Shown here piece by piece: positions 1-9,792 of a DNA stretch of 28,230 nt; positions within the stretch are counted from its first letter, which is position 1; every line of letters starts with the position of its first letter. Below the pieces are notes generated by a model, which did not search any database, was not told the origin of the DNA, and saw only the letters and a list, made by a program, of their open reading frames with translations. The position numbers were made by a program, and so were the translations under genes. The stretch is from a virus. The stretch is taken from IMG/VR virus record IMGVR_UViG_3300022753_001925; one strand, written 5' to 3'.

Positions 1-64
1 ATAGATTATAATGACCATTAGCTATTGATACATTTAGTATTGGAAACATAACATCTTATTTTCA

Positions 65-172
65 CATTAACGTGGGTTCAGCTATTCAAAACTTCATTTC
101 CAAAACCCTTTCATATATATCACAGTGCAGAATCCAATTCCCCATCAGGAACCATTGCCGTTAATGTTAATG
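65..172. repeat. Copy A of ~100-bp cassette: CATTAACG ... AAACCCTTTCATATATATCAC ... CGTTAATGTTAATG
   Basis: CATTAACG 65-72, core CATATATATC 112-121, CGTTAATG from 159. Homologous to 9228-9331 and 25437-25546. Confidence 0.85.
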
Positions 173-318
173 CAGATTCAATATTATGATTAATTAAAAA
201 GTAGCTATTGATTTGGTGGACATTACCATTAATTATTTTAATGCCATGATTAATGTTAAAAAATAGTTAGGTATTGTTTACACACTGTGTTGATTTAAAA
301 AAAATAATTAACAAGAAG

Positions 319-603
319 TTATTCATCTTCTTCTTTTATGTATTCATAGACTCGTAATCCTAACTCTGTGAGTCTGTATAATCTGCCTCGTTTTTTCTCT
401 TCATTCAAGCAGATGACTATATTTGCACCTTTTAGCTCTGATAGTGTTGCGGATATTTGACTCATCCTTAAATCTAGTTCTTCAGCTATTTTAGATGGTA
501 CTTTCATATTGCCGGCAAGTACTTTGATCACTTTGCTGCGGTTTGTACCAGATTGTGCAAATGATACTGCATCTATGAATTCTTGATCATTATCAGATGA
601 CAT
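319..603 (-). CDS. Winged-helix (ArsR/MarR-like) transcriptional regulator
   Basis: 94 aa with pattern RSKVIKVL...PSKIAEEL...SQISATLSELK...RGRLYRLTELG. Paralogous to 18899-19165 and 21028-21297. Confidence 0.85.
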   Translation of the reverse strand: MSSDNDQEFIDAVSFAQSGTNRSKVIKVLAGNMKVPSKIAEELDLRMSQISATLSELKGANIVICLNEEKKRGRLYRLTELGLRVYEYIKEEDE

Positions 604-930
604 GTAAATATATTTTCATTAAGGGTTAAATAATTTAATACTAAGTTTTAATTAAGAGTTAGTTAAGAGTTAATTAAGGCTCTAAAAATTTATTTCATTT
701 TATCAAACGAATTTAAAATTAATTACAACGAGTTTTATTGGATTTATACACAAGGTATGTATTTATACTTTAAATAAAAAGGTTTCAGTTAAGTTGATAA
801 TAATTCGTGTAAAAAATAATTGATATATAAAGTATAAAGGAATATTTAAAAAAAAATAGTATACCTTTTTATATAATAAAAATAATAAAATAATATAATT
901 ATTGTATACAGTACAAAAGGAATAAATATT

Positions 931-1122
931 ATGGCAAATGTAAATAATACATCATCCTATATGGATGCAGATAAAAAGGAAATAATCAAAAAATCAAATT
1001 ATACATACCGTGATGCTCTTGAAGTATCCGCATATCTTATAGAAAAAGGAAAATTCGAAAGATTCTATAAGGAAATGCAAATTGATAATTTAAAAAAAGA
1101 ATTAGAAGAATTAGACGATTAA
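931..1122 (+). CDS. Small putative ribbon-helix-helix-like protein with short coiled coil
   Basis: 63 aa downstream of a TATA-like AT tract. SNYTYRDALE motif resembles SEYSHKEAYE (1358) and SGLTHRQIFE (5108). Confidence 0.6.
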   Translation: MANVNNTSSYMDADKKEIIKKSNYTYRDALEVSAYLIEKGKFERFYKEMQIDNLKKELEELDD

Positions 1123-1137
1123 ACATTTATAGGTTGC

Positions 1138-1171
1138 GAACTGCACAAGATTTATGAGACTTATGCAGTTC
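1138..1171 (+). terminator. Stem-loop after 931-1122 ORF (putative terminator)
   Basis: GAACTGCA (1138-1145) / TGCAGTTC (1164-1171) perfect inverted repeat. Confidence 0.45.
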
Positions 1172-1357
1172 TAATTATGACCTATGTTAATAATACCTTT
1201 ACACCACTATTTCTTTAATTCATCATTTAAAAATATATCCCAAAACTACTTTTTTTAACCTTCCAAAATTATTATTTATTACTTTTAAATTTGATAAATT
1301 TCTATGGTTTGAATATTATGTAATGTATTATATACAAGTAATATATAAACTATCATT

Positions 1358-1606
1358 ATGTTAGGTAATAAATCTACAATCAGTGCAAGAGTGTCTAACA
1401 CTCTCAAAGAAGTGGTAGTTGATTCTGAGTATTCTCACAAAGAGGCATATGAACTTGGAGCTGGTCTAATAGCAGTTAACAAGGCAGAAGAAACCAAAAC
1501 TGAATTAGAACATGACCCAACATATGAAAAAGCAATCAGAGAGAAAAAGACAAAACTACTTAAAGACGAGAAAAAGAAACTGGAAAAAGAATTGAGAGAT
1601 CTATAG
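1358..1606 (+). CDS. Putative RHH-type DNA-binding protein with C-terminal coiled coil
   Basis: N-terminal TISARVS beta-strand followed by helices. Lys/Glu-rich coiled-coil C-terminus. Confidence 0.7.
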   Translation: MLGNKSTISARVSNTLKEVVVDSEYSHKEAYELGAGLIAVNKAEETKTELEHDPTYEKAIREKKTKLLKDEKKKLEKELRDL

Positions 1607-1616
1607 GAGGAATCCT

Positions 1617-2426
1617 GTGGGTCAGAAGAATTCAGACGTGATATACTTTTTAGAACAGCACAAGCAAGAAATAATAAATAATTGCAAAAAAGGAATGAGT
1701 AACAATGAGGTACGCGAAATACTGAAAACCAAATACGGAAGAGATGTAGCAGATAATACCTATAGAAAATTCAAGGCAACGCTAAAACTAAACAAGAATG
1801 ATTTCCTGGAAACCTTACTGGATGAAATCATTACCATGAAAACGGCTGGGGCCACAGATGAAAACGTTCGAAGGTGGTTAGCTGACGAACACTTATTTGA
1901 AGTTAGTCGAGCTTCATTTTCACGGTTCAAAAAGAAATACCAATTAAGGGATAAGGACAAAGACCCCAGAGCCCAAGACAAAGAAACATTAACTAATCGA
2001 GCAATATCACAAGGCCAACTACTAGACAATGACATCCACACCGATAATATAGATACAGCTATTGATACAATACTACAGCAACAGGTAACTGATATTAAAA
2101 CCGGCCTTAACAATCTTGACAAGATAACCAAGAATGCAGTGAATATTGAAATTGATTTTGCAAAGCTTGATCAGGAAATACGATTTAATGCTAATGAAAA
2201 AAGCTTAGCTAGATATTTACTGGATTTGGCTGAATTGAAAATTCGTTATTTAGAATTATCTGTTAAAGCATTTGATGCGAAAAATAAACTATTTAAAGAT
2301 GAGATGGACAGACTCTTTAAAAACAGAGTCCTTGAGCTAGAAGATAAGAAAATTGAAATCTCACAAAAAGATTTGATGAATGAAATTGAAGTCCTTGCAA
2401 AGCAAATAGATGATAATAATGTATGA
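1617..2426 (+). CDS. Probable terminase small subunit (two tandem HTH-like repeats + helical region)
   Basis: GGAGGA RBS and GTG start. Overlaps the TerL start. Two similar helical repeats (EIINNCKKGMSNNEVREIL..TYRKFK / EIITMKTAGATDENVRRWL..SFSRFK). Confidence 0.6.
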   Translation: MGQKNSDVIYFLEQHKQEIINNCKKGMSNNEVREILKTKYGRDVADNTYRKFKATLKLNKNDFLETLLDEIITMKTAGATDENVRRWLADEHLFEVSRASFSRFKKKYQLRDKDKDPRAQDKETLTNRAISQGQLLDNDIHTDNIDTAIDTILQQQVTDIKTGLNNLDKITKNAVNIEIDFAKLDQEIRFNANEKSLARYLLDLAELKIRYLELSVKAFDAKNKLFKDEMDRLFKNRVLELEDKKIEISQKDLMNEIEVLAKQIDDNNV

Positions 2427-3828
2427 TGAAAACAACCGATTCTATTTAGATGCAAGAGATAAAGCTATTCTTCAGAAATGTGTATATGAGAATCCATATA
2501 TACCATTCAAACCATTCATCAAACAAGCTGAGATGATTCTAGCTACTGAAAAAGAAGTATTGATTGGTGGTGCTGCCGGAGGCAGTAAATCCACCAGCTT
2601 ACTTATGAGAGCCTTATTTTATGTACAGGATGATGCTAATGAGTATCATGCACTAATTTTAAGAAGAACATTATCCGATTTAAAAAGGAAAGGTGCTTTA
2701 ATCCATAAGGCCAGTCAATGGCTTAACAGGAAAGAAATTCAAAGAGACCCAGCTATTAGGGTTAAGTGGGATGGTACTGAACATTCATGGACTTTTCCAA
2801 ACGGCAATTCATTAACATTCGGATATTTGCGTAACATTAACGACCTCGATACTTATCAAGGTTCTGAATATCAATTCATTGGCATTGATGAGTTAACACA
2901 ACTGGAGCGCTTTAAATATATCTATATGCGTTCACGTGTCAGGAAAACTAAAGACAATAAACTTCCAACTCAACTGATGGCTTCAAGTAATCCTGGTAAG
3001 CGGGGTAACAAGTGGGTGCGCGAAAGATTTATTGAAAAGATAGATGAGGACATTCAGGACAAAGACCAGATAAGATTCATATCCTCCAGTTATGTGGATA
3101 ATATCTATTTAGACCGTAAGGACTATGAAGAATATCTTATGGGATTGGATAGGGTGACACGGGAACAGTTAATGAATGGTAACTGGTATGCTACCGTTAA
3201 AGGTGAGCTATTTGATGAATCGGATTTCCACTTGATCTCTCACGATGAGTATATGAAAATTCCGATCATTAGTGTTATCAGGTATTGGGATCTTGCAGCT
3301 ACTGAAGTCATAAGTGACAGCACCAGGAGAAATGATGATTCGGATTTCACCGCAGGTGTCATGCTGGCAAAAGACTTGAACGGCAATATCTATATTCTTG
3401 ATTCATACGAGTTTCAATTGGAATCACGGAACTTAATTAATGAGATTATCAATACTGCTGCACGTGATAAAGCGGACACTCAATATATAGAACTTGACGG
3501 AAGTACAGGTAAAAACTTCGGCCTGTTAATCATTGATGAATTAAACAGACGTGGATTCAATACCGGTACTGGTAACTCCCGTGAGAATAAAGTTGACAGG
3601 GCCAGAAGAGTGTCAGCTGATATTCAGCTCAATGGAATATATCTGGTTGGAAAGGATAGAACAGGGTTTACTAAAAAATGGGCTATGGAATTTTTGGAAA
3701 AAATAACTGCATATCCTAATGAATCAATACATGACGATTGTGTTGTTGCCTTTACTGGAGCATATGAAAAACTGGCTTCACAAAACCAACCTAAAAGAGT
3801 TGATGTCGATAAATGGTATTCTACTTGA
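2410..3828 (+). CDS. terL: Terminase large subunit
   Basis: Walker A-like GGAAGGSKS, ILRRT, Walker B FIGIDELTQ, SSNPG coupling motif, nuclease RYWDLA ... HDDCVVA. Confidence 0.95.
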   Translation: MIIMYDENNRFYLDARDKAILQKCVYENPYIPFKPFIKQAEMILATEKEVLIGGAAGGSKSTSLLMRALFYVQDDANEYHALILRRTLSDLKRKGALIHKASQWLNRKEIQRDPAIRVKWDGTEHSWTFPNGNSLTFGYLRNINDLDTYQGSEYQFIGIDELTQLERFKYIYMRSRVRKTKDNKLPTQLMASSNPGKRGNKWVRERFIEKIDEDIQDKDQIRFISSSYVDNIYLDRKDYEEYLMGLDRVTREQLMNGNWYATVKGELFDESDFHLISHDEYMKIPIISVIRYWDLAATEVISDSTRRNDDSDFTAGVMLAKDLNGNIYILDSYEFQLESRNLINEIINTAARDKADTQYIELDGSTGKNFGLLIIDELNRRGFNTGTGNSRENKVDRARRVSADIQLNGIYLVGKDRTGFTKKWAMEFLEKITAYPNESIHDDCVVAFTGAYEKLASQNQPKRVDVDKWYST

Positions 3829-3871
3829 ATAGCTATCGTTAACGTGGATATTAATCGTTAATGTTAATGTT

Positions 3872-4424
3872 TGGACTTTATCATGGAGTTGATGTACATG
3901 AGCATGGACATATTATGGACTGGTCTATGGACTAACTATGGACTACCTTGTGGACTTGATGGACTACATTATGGACTAACTATGGACTATATTATGGACT
4001 GTTTATGGACTAATCAATGGACAAAGTATGGACTAACCTATGGACTGTTTATGGACTAAGTTATGGATGGACTTAAATTTGGACTACAAATGGACTTATG
4101 GATGGACGGATGGACATGTGGACATGACCAAATCAGGTATACCCCCCAAGTGAATTTAATCCAAGCCCAAATTGAGCTTCTTTTTTTAGGGTGTCCATAG
4201 CTATGGACTAACTATGGACTATGTTATGGACTGTTTATGGACTGGACTATGGACTACTTTTTTCATATTTTGTGAAAAATTGTTGCCTGCGAATATAGTC
4301 AGGCGAATATAACATTGTTATCTTTCCAGAATCTACGCAATTTTCAGGGGGTACACATTTTTTTGGGTAGTCCATATGGACGGATGGATGGACTACAGTC
4401 CATTTTATGGACTATGTTATGGAC
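3872..4424 (+). repeat. TGGAC (consensus TATGGACT) direct-repeat array in three clusters, 31 forward and 3 inverted copies
   Basis: Counted by hand: 21 copies in 3872-4123, 6 in 4204-4254, 4 in 4377-4424. Mostly alternating 11/12-bp spacing. Palindromes GTCCATAGCTATGGAC (4193-4208) and GTCCATATGGAC (4370-4381). Confidence 0.95.
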
Positions 4425-4668
4425 TGTTTACAGTGCAACAGTTCACTCTGTCGCGCAAAAATTCATCCCGCGAAAAAATCAACATAATAATTTTTTTGCA
4501 ATTTTACAATTGTAAAATTCTAACTGCAATACAATTTATTATTATACTTAAATAATAAAATAATATAATATAATACAAATAAAATAAAAAAATAATTTTA
4601 TATTTTGCTATCATTTTATATAGTAGTAATTCTAAAAATTAATTTATATATTGGAGTGAGTGATAATC

Positions 4669-4827
4669 ATGCCAAATACTAAACAAAAATCATTTAGAAT
4701 ATCTGAAGAGTTAGCAATTGAATTTGAAGTTCATGCTAGAAAAACTCAGACAAAAGAAGTTGATCTTATAACAAGATACATAACAGAGGGATTGAAAAGG
4801 GATAGTAATCAAACTACATTGGATTAA
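4669..4827 (+). CDS. CopG/RHH-like protein, 52 aa (absent from ORF track)
   Basis: My translation: MPNTKQKSFRISEELAIEFEVHARKTQTKEVDLITRYITEGLKRDSNQTTLD. GGAGTGA RBS upstream. Alternating beta-strand KSFRI then two helices. Confidence 0.8.
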   Translation: MPNTKQKSFRISEELAIEFEVHARKTQTKEVDLITRYITEGLKRDSNQTTLD

Positions 4828-4867
4828 AATTATTGAAAATGTGTAAAAAAATAGCGATAAGTAGTAA

Positions 4868-4895
4868 TTATGAAATGACGGCAATCATTTCATAA
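4868..4895 (+). terminator. 11-bp perfect stem-loop downstream of RHH gene
   Basis: TTATGAAATGA-cggcaa-TCATTTCATAA. Confidence 0.5.
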
Positions 4896-5024
4896 CACAT
4901 AAGTTTAAACTTAATTATAATTTTAGAAATTAATTATATTTAAACTTTTATATAAAAAAGTGTATTATATACATAATATTTTTTTCGCATTTCCAATTCA
5001 AGAGTGAGAATGGAAGTGTTATAT

Positions 5025-5108
5025 ATGGAAACTGAAACTGATAAGTCTTCCAGTAGAGTGATGGAAGCGAAAAACAATTTAAACAGCTTATTATGGAAGT
5101 GTTTATAA
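5025..5108 (+). CDS. Possible 27-aa leader ORF coupled (TAATG) to 5108 gene
   Basis: METETDKSSSRVMEAKNNLNSLLWKCL*. Preceded by GGAAGTG, and its stop overlaps the next ATG. Confidence 0.3.
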   Translation: METETDKSSSRVMEAKNNLNSLLWKCL

Positions 5109-5572
5109 TGGCTGAGAAAAAAGACTTTCATATTTTAGCTGACAGTAAAATGGCATCCAAAGCCAAAGAATTATCTGGTTTAACACACAGACAGATTTTT
5201 GAGTTAGGTTGTCAGGCTGCTATAGAACAGAACAGGAACATTTTAGATGCTGAGATTTTAGAATTGAATGATGCAATGGATAGGGTTAATGAATTAACTG
5301 CATCAATCAGATCAAGACTAAAAGATAAAGAGGTTCCAACAAAACCTAGTGATGATGAAAATGATCCTGAAGAATTAAGAAGAAATATTTTACCATTAGA
5401 TTTGTTTAAAGAAATGGTATTGTATTATATGGATGATTTTGATATAACTAATTTAGAAGATTTAGGTAGTAAGAATAAAGAAATCTTCAGATTCGTTTTA
5501 ATTAATTTGGCTAACCACGATTTGAATATGGAAGATATAAATAGTTTATATGAGGATATTAACTCTGAATAA
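5108..5572 (+). CDS. Putative RHH-like + coiled-coil protein (start may be 5093 or 5108)
   Basis: DFHILAD strand and SGLTHRQIFELG motif shared with 931 and 1358 proteins, then a heptad region. Confidence 0.7.
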   Translation: MAEKKDFHILADSKMASKAKELSGLTHRQIFELGCQAAIEQNRNILDAEILELNDAMDRVNELTASIRSRLKDKEVPTKPSDDENDPEELRRNILPLDLFKEMVLYYMDDFDITNLEDLGSKNKEIFRFVLINLANHDLNMEDINSLYEDINSE

Positions 5573-5610
5573 CATTTATATCTTCTTTTCACCCCACTCT
5601 TTTTTTAAAG

Positions 5611-5659
5611 TTGCAACTGTTTTTTCAGGAATTGCAATTAATTGCAACAAAATTGCAAT
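5611..5659. repeat. TTGCAA palindrome cluster (4 copies) including a 32-bp repeat shared with 28062-28093
   Basis: TTGCAA at 5611, 5632, 5642, 5653. GGAATTGCAATTAATTGCAAYAAAATTGCAAT occurs here and at 28062 with one mismatch. Confidence 0.9.
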
Positions 5660-5918
5660 AGGCATTTGGCATGTTAAATTGTTAATGTTAATGTAAAAAT
5701 TCTTTATTATTAATGTAATTGTTTATAATTTTATATTTACTAGAATAATTTATTATTACTAGAATAAATAGTAAATAAAATAGTTATTGTATTTCTTTTC
5801 TGTGTTAGCGTTATTGTAATTGTTTTTTTATTTTAATTTCATTAACTTTATTATTTTATTTATATAAATAATATAATAATTAATATAATAAACATATATT
5901 TCAACTGTAAAGTTAATT

Positions 5919-7235
5919 ATGGAAATGGTTAAAATGGGAATTACTTCTTTTATAAAAACTAGATTGCTCAATAACAGAGTAGAACAGTACAATACTAAGC
6001 GTAGCTATTGGGGCAAGGATGAAAGGCAACCTAGAACTGATGGAATCAACACTGGCCTTGACTTGATTGATGCACTTCCTCCTGTAATTAACAAGACCAT
6101 AGCTAATGCAAGATATGCTGTTAAACTTGACGGTTACACTTCAGGAGTTTTGAAAAATAGAATTGATAAAGCTAATGTTAATATAGTTCTGGTGGATAAG
6201 GAAGAAAAGCTTTCAGCAGAGCAGAAACTAACTCTCATCCTATGGGCACGCAAGATTGACATCTCACAGGTTGCAAAGAATATCCTTCAGGCTGGAATGG
6301 TTGACGGTGAGGGATTGATTAAACCTGTTGAGCGTTGGGACCAGTCAATCGGCAAATACATTAAACCTATCTTTTTAGAAATCGGCGCCAATGGTTACGG
6401 ATTAAAGAAAGAGTTTAATGATGATAATGAAGTGCAGCTATACCTTCATGAGATGCCTAAGGATATTGTTAACGGATCTCCCGAAGAGTTCAACAATTAT
6501 GTTAGTGTTGAAGAGGGAACATTAACGGTTAAGTATGAACCGGAAGAGGTTATTAACTTCATGTACAATGAGATTTATTGCGAGGCGCAAAGCATTATCC
6601 TCAATTGCCTTGATGATATATACCACAAGTGCAATCTTGAAAGAAATCAAGTAGAGAGGATTAATAAGGATAATATTATTGAAGTAAAGCCTTCTTTGGA
6701 TAGTAACGGCCAACCTATTGTTACAGAACTTTCAGCAACTGCAAAAGAAAATCTTTATGCAGATTACGGAACAACTGCTGATTCAAATGTAGCTATTGTT
6801 CCTCCAGGAATTGAAAGTAAAATACTTGGGGGTAACAACTACCAATCTGACTATACAAGACAGACTGAAATCTTTAGAAATAATATCTTAAGGACTTTCG
6901 TTACTCCTCAGTCTCAAGCAGGTAATGAGAAATCTAATCAGAACGTGGCCGAGTACATTAACGATTCAGCTATTACAGGGTTTATTGTTAATGTGGCCAA
7001 TGACCAGAAGTGGGTGTTAAAGTATTGTAATGAATTATTAAACAGACAGTTAGAGTTAATGGGCGTTAAAGAAAACCTTAATATCTACTTTAGCTATTCA
7101 AGAGATGATGTTCTCAGATACATTATGGAACTTGATGCAAATGCTGATGAAATCTATGAGAACTATTTAAGCAACTTTGAATCCGAACAACCGGTAGGGG
7201 ATAGAGTTCTTACAGATAGTGGTGTAGAAATATAA
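5919..7235 (+). CDS. Probable portal protein
   Basis: 438 aa, lies between TerL and the protease. Portal-like succession of motifs (GMVDGEGLI, EVINF, VAIVPPG, ILRTFVTP). Recognised by pattern only. Confidence 0.7.
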   Translation: MEMVKMGITSFIKTRLLNNRVEQYNTKRSYWGKDERQPRTDGINTGLDLIDALPPVINKTIANARYAVKLDGYTSGVLKNRIDKANVNIVLVDKEEKLSAEQKLTLILWARKIDISQVAKNILQAGMVDGEGLIKPVERWDQSIGKYIKPIFLEIGANGYGLKKEFNDDNEVQLYLHEMPKDIVNGSPEEFNNYVSVEEGTLTVKYEPEEVINFMYNEIYCEAQSIILNCLDDIYHKCNLERNQVERINKDNIIEVKPSLDSNGQPIVTELSATAKENLYADYGTTADSNVAIVPPGIESKILGGNNYQSDYTRQTEIFRNNILRTFVTPQSQAGNEKSNQNVAEYINDSAITGFIVNVANDQKWVLKYCNELLNRQLELMGVKENLNIYFSYSRDDVLRYIMELDANADEIYENYLSNFESEQPVGDRVLTDSGVEI

Positions 7236-7277
7236 TAAATATTTATATAAATAAAATAATAAAAAATATAATAAAGT

Positions 7278-8261
7278 GTGATTATTATGAAGCATGAACT
7301 TTTTGAAGTTGGATTATATGACTATTCTGACTTGGATGAAAGGTTAACCAAACCTGTTGAATGGACTGCTGAAGATCTAAAACTAATAGCTGAAAATTAT
7401 AGAGGTGGAATTCCTTTAACTTCAGAACATGACAATATCTATGTAGGTATTGGAAATAAAATAGAGTATGAAGATGGAAAGCTATTCATTGAAGTTCCAG
7501 ATGACCTTGATATGGAAGGTAAAGGCCTATCTCCTAAAGTTGATGTTTTATTGAAAGATAACGGAGATTCATTTGGAATTGATACTATGAGTTTAATAGA
7601 CGTCGGCGTTACAAAGCATCCAAGAAAAATTAGATTGTTGAATTCAGATATTACTGGACAGACCGGACAGACAGGTGACCCTGAACCACCGGCACCTGCT
7701 CCGCAGCCACAACCTCAACCTCAGCCACCTGCAAAAGACACTAATGTTGCTACTACCTTATTATTAGAAAAATTGCAGGGCAAGGATGCAGAGATTGGAA
7801 AGCTTCAGGATGAAATTAATAATCTAAAAGAAGAATCTAAAAAGTACGATGAAATAAAAAAAGCTATTGAAGAGAATAAGGAATTCATTGATTCTAAAGA
7901 GGATATCTTAAAAGAATTGTCTGAGCTTAGAAAAGCTGAAAATGAAAGGAAAATAAAAGAGTACGAGGCAAAGTACAATTTTAACTATAATGAAAACGCG
8001 CAGGATAAAGAAGTTATTGATAAGCTATTATCTGGTGACGTTGATATGGAGCTAATGGAAAAACTTGCTGAGAGAAGAATTAAAATTGAAGCTAGTAATG
8101 ATGGCTCCACACCCGGCGGGAGAAATCCCGGAAACTCAGGAGATACTGGTGAGACAGGCTCAACTGGAAGCGACTCTGATGAGGATAAACCTTCTTTCAC
8201 TACTCGTGAAGAGTACAATAAAATTTTAAAAGATATGGGATTCAATAGAACTAGAATATAG
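7278..8261 (+). CDS. Prohead protease-scaffold fusion (Mu gpI-like)
   Basis: N-terminal IPLTSEH ... GLSPKV ... DVGVTKHP (His/Ser, ALTNxP-like), PQ-rich linker, acidic coiled-coil scaffold-like C-terminus. True start may be ATG 7287. Confidence 0.7.
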   Translation: MIIMKHELFEVGLYDYSDLDERLTKPVEWTAEDLKLIAENYRGGIPLTSEHDNIYVGIGNKIEYEDGKLFIEVPDDLDMEGKGLSPKVDVLLKDNGDSFGIDTMSLIDVGVTKHPRKIRLLNSDITGQTGQTGDPEPPAPAPQPQPQPQPPAKDTNVATTLLLEKLQGKDAEIGKLQDEINNLKEESKKYDEIKKAIEENKEFIDSKEDILKELSELRKAENERKIKEYEAKYNFNYNENAQDKEVIDKLLSGDVDMELMEKLAERRIKIEASNDGSTPGGRNPGNSGDTGETGSTGSDSDEDKPSFTTREEYNKILKDMGFNRTRI

Positions 8262-8332
8262 CTATGATAGTGTTTTTAGTTACTTGGCACTGGAGCTACA
8301 TTTTCAATTGAATCACTCTTTGACGAATTGAG

Positions 8333-8862
8333 GGAGAGGTGTTTACTCTTTCTACCTCTCCTATTAAATTTACAGCGATACCTTGCATTGAAACCCTTAA
8401 TGCCTAAACTAAGGGGGGACAAGCCCCCCTTTAGATTACCCATGATAGCGCAATGCAAGATAATTTTCATATGATTTCATTTAGACCTCGAACCGACCGG
8501 CAAGGGTCGGTTCTTAAATCTGACATACAAATTATTCCAAATCCATAACCTCGGAACAGGGGACAAGCCCCTGTTCCTTAAACTTTGACGTAGCTATTAT
8601 TGTTAGGTCTATAGTATTGGCCTTTCGCTATCGCTCAAGGCGTCCAGTCCGACCTAAAGGTCGGACGGAACATAAGGATTAAATTCTTGTTATTAAAAAT
8701 GTTTTTTCTCCATTATTGAATTACGGAACCGACCGGCGAGGGTCGGTTCCTCCCTATAGTATTGCTCGCCAATTCTATTCACCCCACCTATACCACGCCT
8801 CCCACTTCGGCCTCCCTTACGGTCGGCCTCGGGTCGGCGTGGTTATGGTGGGGCGAATTGGC
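8333..8862. other. GC-rich multi-hairpin element (structured ncRNA or ssDNA signal)
   Basis: Stems at 8333-8361, 8382-8459 (enclosing 8411-8431), 8490-8513, 8553-8577, 8620-8641, 8647-8666, 8725-8750, 8768-8862. Internal sequence repeats. Confidence 0.8.
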
Positions 8863-9026
8863 TCGCTTAAAACGTGGGTGTACACAGGTGACTTGATTCC
8901 ACTAAATTTTTATTTATCCTTCCATGACTATTTTTCCCAACTGGTGTAACCTATCAAATAATCAATGTTACTGTTAATTAAAATGAATGTATTGTAATTA
9001 CTTACAATTTAATAATGTATGTATTA

Positions 9027-9130
9027 CATTAACGGCAAGGTTTCTCAAAATCAATTTACTTTTCAACTCTGCATATACATCAACTACTTTTCAAAAACAA
9101 GTTTCTATTTCAAAATGGTCGCCGTTAATG
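9027..9130. repeat. Degenerate copy D of ~100-bp cassette
   Basis: CATTAACG 9027-9034, core CATATACATC 9072-9081, CGTTAATG from 9123. Confidence 0.7.
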
Positions 9131-9227
9131 TTAAAGTGGTTCTGGCTCAGCTATCGTTAATGTTAATGTTAGTGTTAATTTAATCAATGGCAACTTCTTT
9201 TGCTTTAATTATCTGATTTGAATTTCA

Positions 9228-9331
9228 CATTAACGCCAATGGTTGTTAATGTTCTTCTTTTCTAAACCCTTGCATATATATCGCAGTGCAGGGGAAAACA
9301 CCTTTTGAAATCGCAATCGTTAATGTTAATG
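9228..9331. repeat. Copy B of ~100-bp cassette
   Basis: CATTAACG 9228-9235, AAACCCTTGCATATATATCGCAGTGCAG 9264-9291, CGTTAATGTTAATG from 9318. Confidence 0.85.
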
Positions 9332-9390
9332 TTGTTTTTAAAAAAAGATTTGTGAAATGAGTAAAATTATCCTCATTTCTATTTTTGGTT

Positions 9391-9792
9391 TTATAATTCG
9401 TAGGATTTTGGTGGGTTTCCGGAGAAATCCGCAATAGTTGCTTTACCGGTTATTGTGAATACTTCAAATAATGGGTTGTCTGCAGTTTCATATAATGCTT
9501 TAACCAATTCATTGGAGTCAATTACTTTTTGTTTTAAGTCTAGGCTGTCAGTGAATTCTACTTTTCCAGCGATTCTTAACCATGCAAATTCAGGAGTTGC
9601 AACAACCATTTCACAGTTAGGGTTTGCATCTAATTCCTTAAACATAGGTTTGTTGTTTGCAGTACAGAAGTATGGTTTTCCATCTTCTTCAAAGTAAAAT
9701 AATATTGGTCTTACTTTTGCATTTCCGTCAAGTCCACTGGTTGCTAAATATATTAAAGAGTTTTCTTCTAAAAATTCTATTACATCGCTCAT
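9391..9792 (-). CDS. Pyridoxamine 5'-phosphate oxidase-like FMN-binding split-barrel protein
   Basis: YLAT..DG.AKVRP....EDGKPYFCT.NNKPMFKEL.ANP motif typical of the family. Confidence 0.9.
   Translation of the reverse strand: MSDVIEFLEENSLIYLATSGLDGNAKVRPILFYFEEDGKPYFCTANNKPMFKELDANPNCEMVVATPEFAWLRIAGKVEFTDSLDLKQKVIDSNELVKALYETADNPLFEVFTITGKATIADFSGNPPKSYEL

Noticed and set aside
3871-4059. 62-aa ORF (MDFIMELMYM...) and 4315-4515 ORF
   Set aside because: By-products of ATGGAC repeats. No RBS, and the sequence is unnatural.
3872-4424. TGGAC array as a CRISPR array
   Set aside because: Units are 11-12 bp with no 25-45-bp repeat/unique-spacer structure, and there are no cas genes.
8333-8862. 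tRNA, hammerhead ribozyme or group I/II intron in the hairpin island
   Set aside because: No cloverleaf with T-loop, no CUGANGA/GAAA core, and no intron domain V or interrupted gene recognised.
8276-9434. ORFs 8276-8470, 8716-8949, 9246-9434
   Set aside because: They lie in the hairpin and cassette region, with atypical composition and no convincing RBS.
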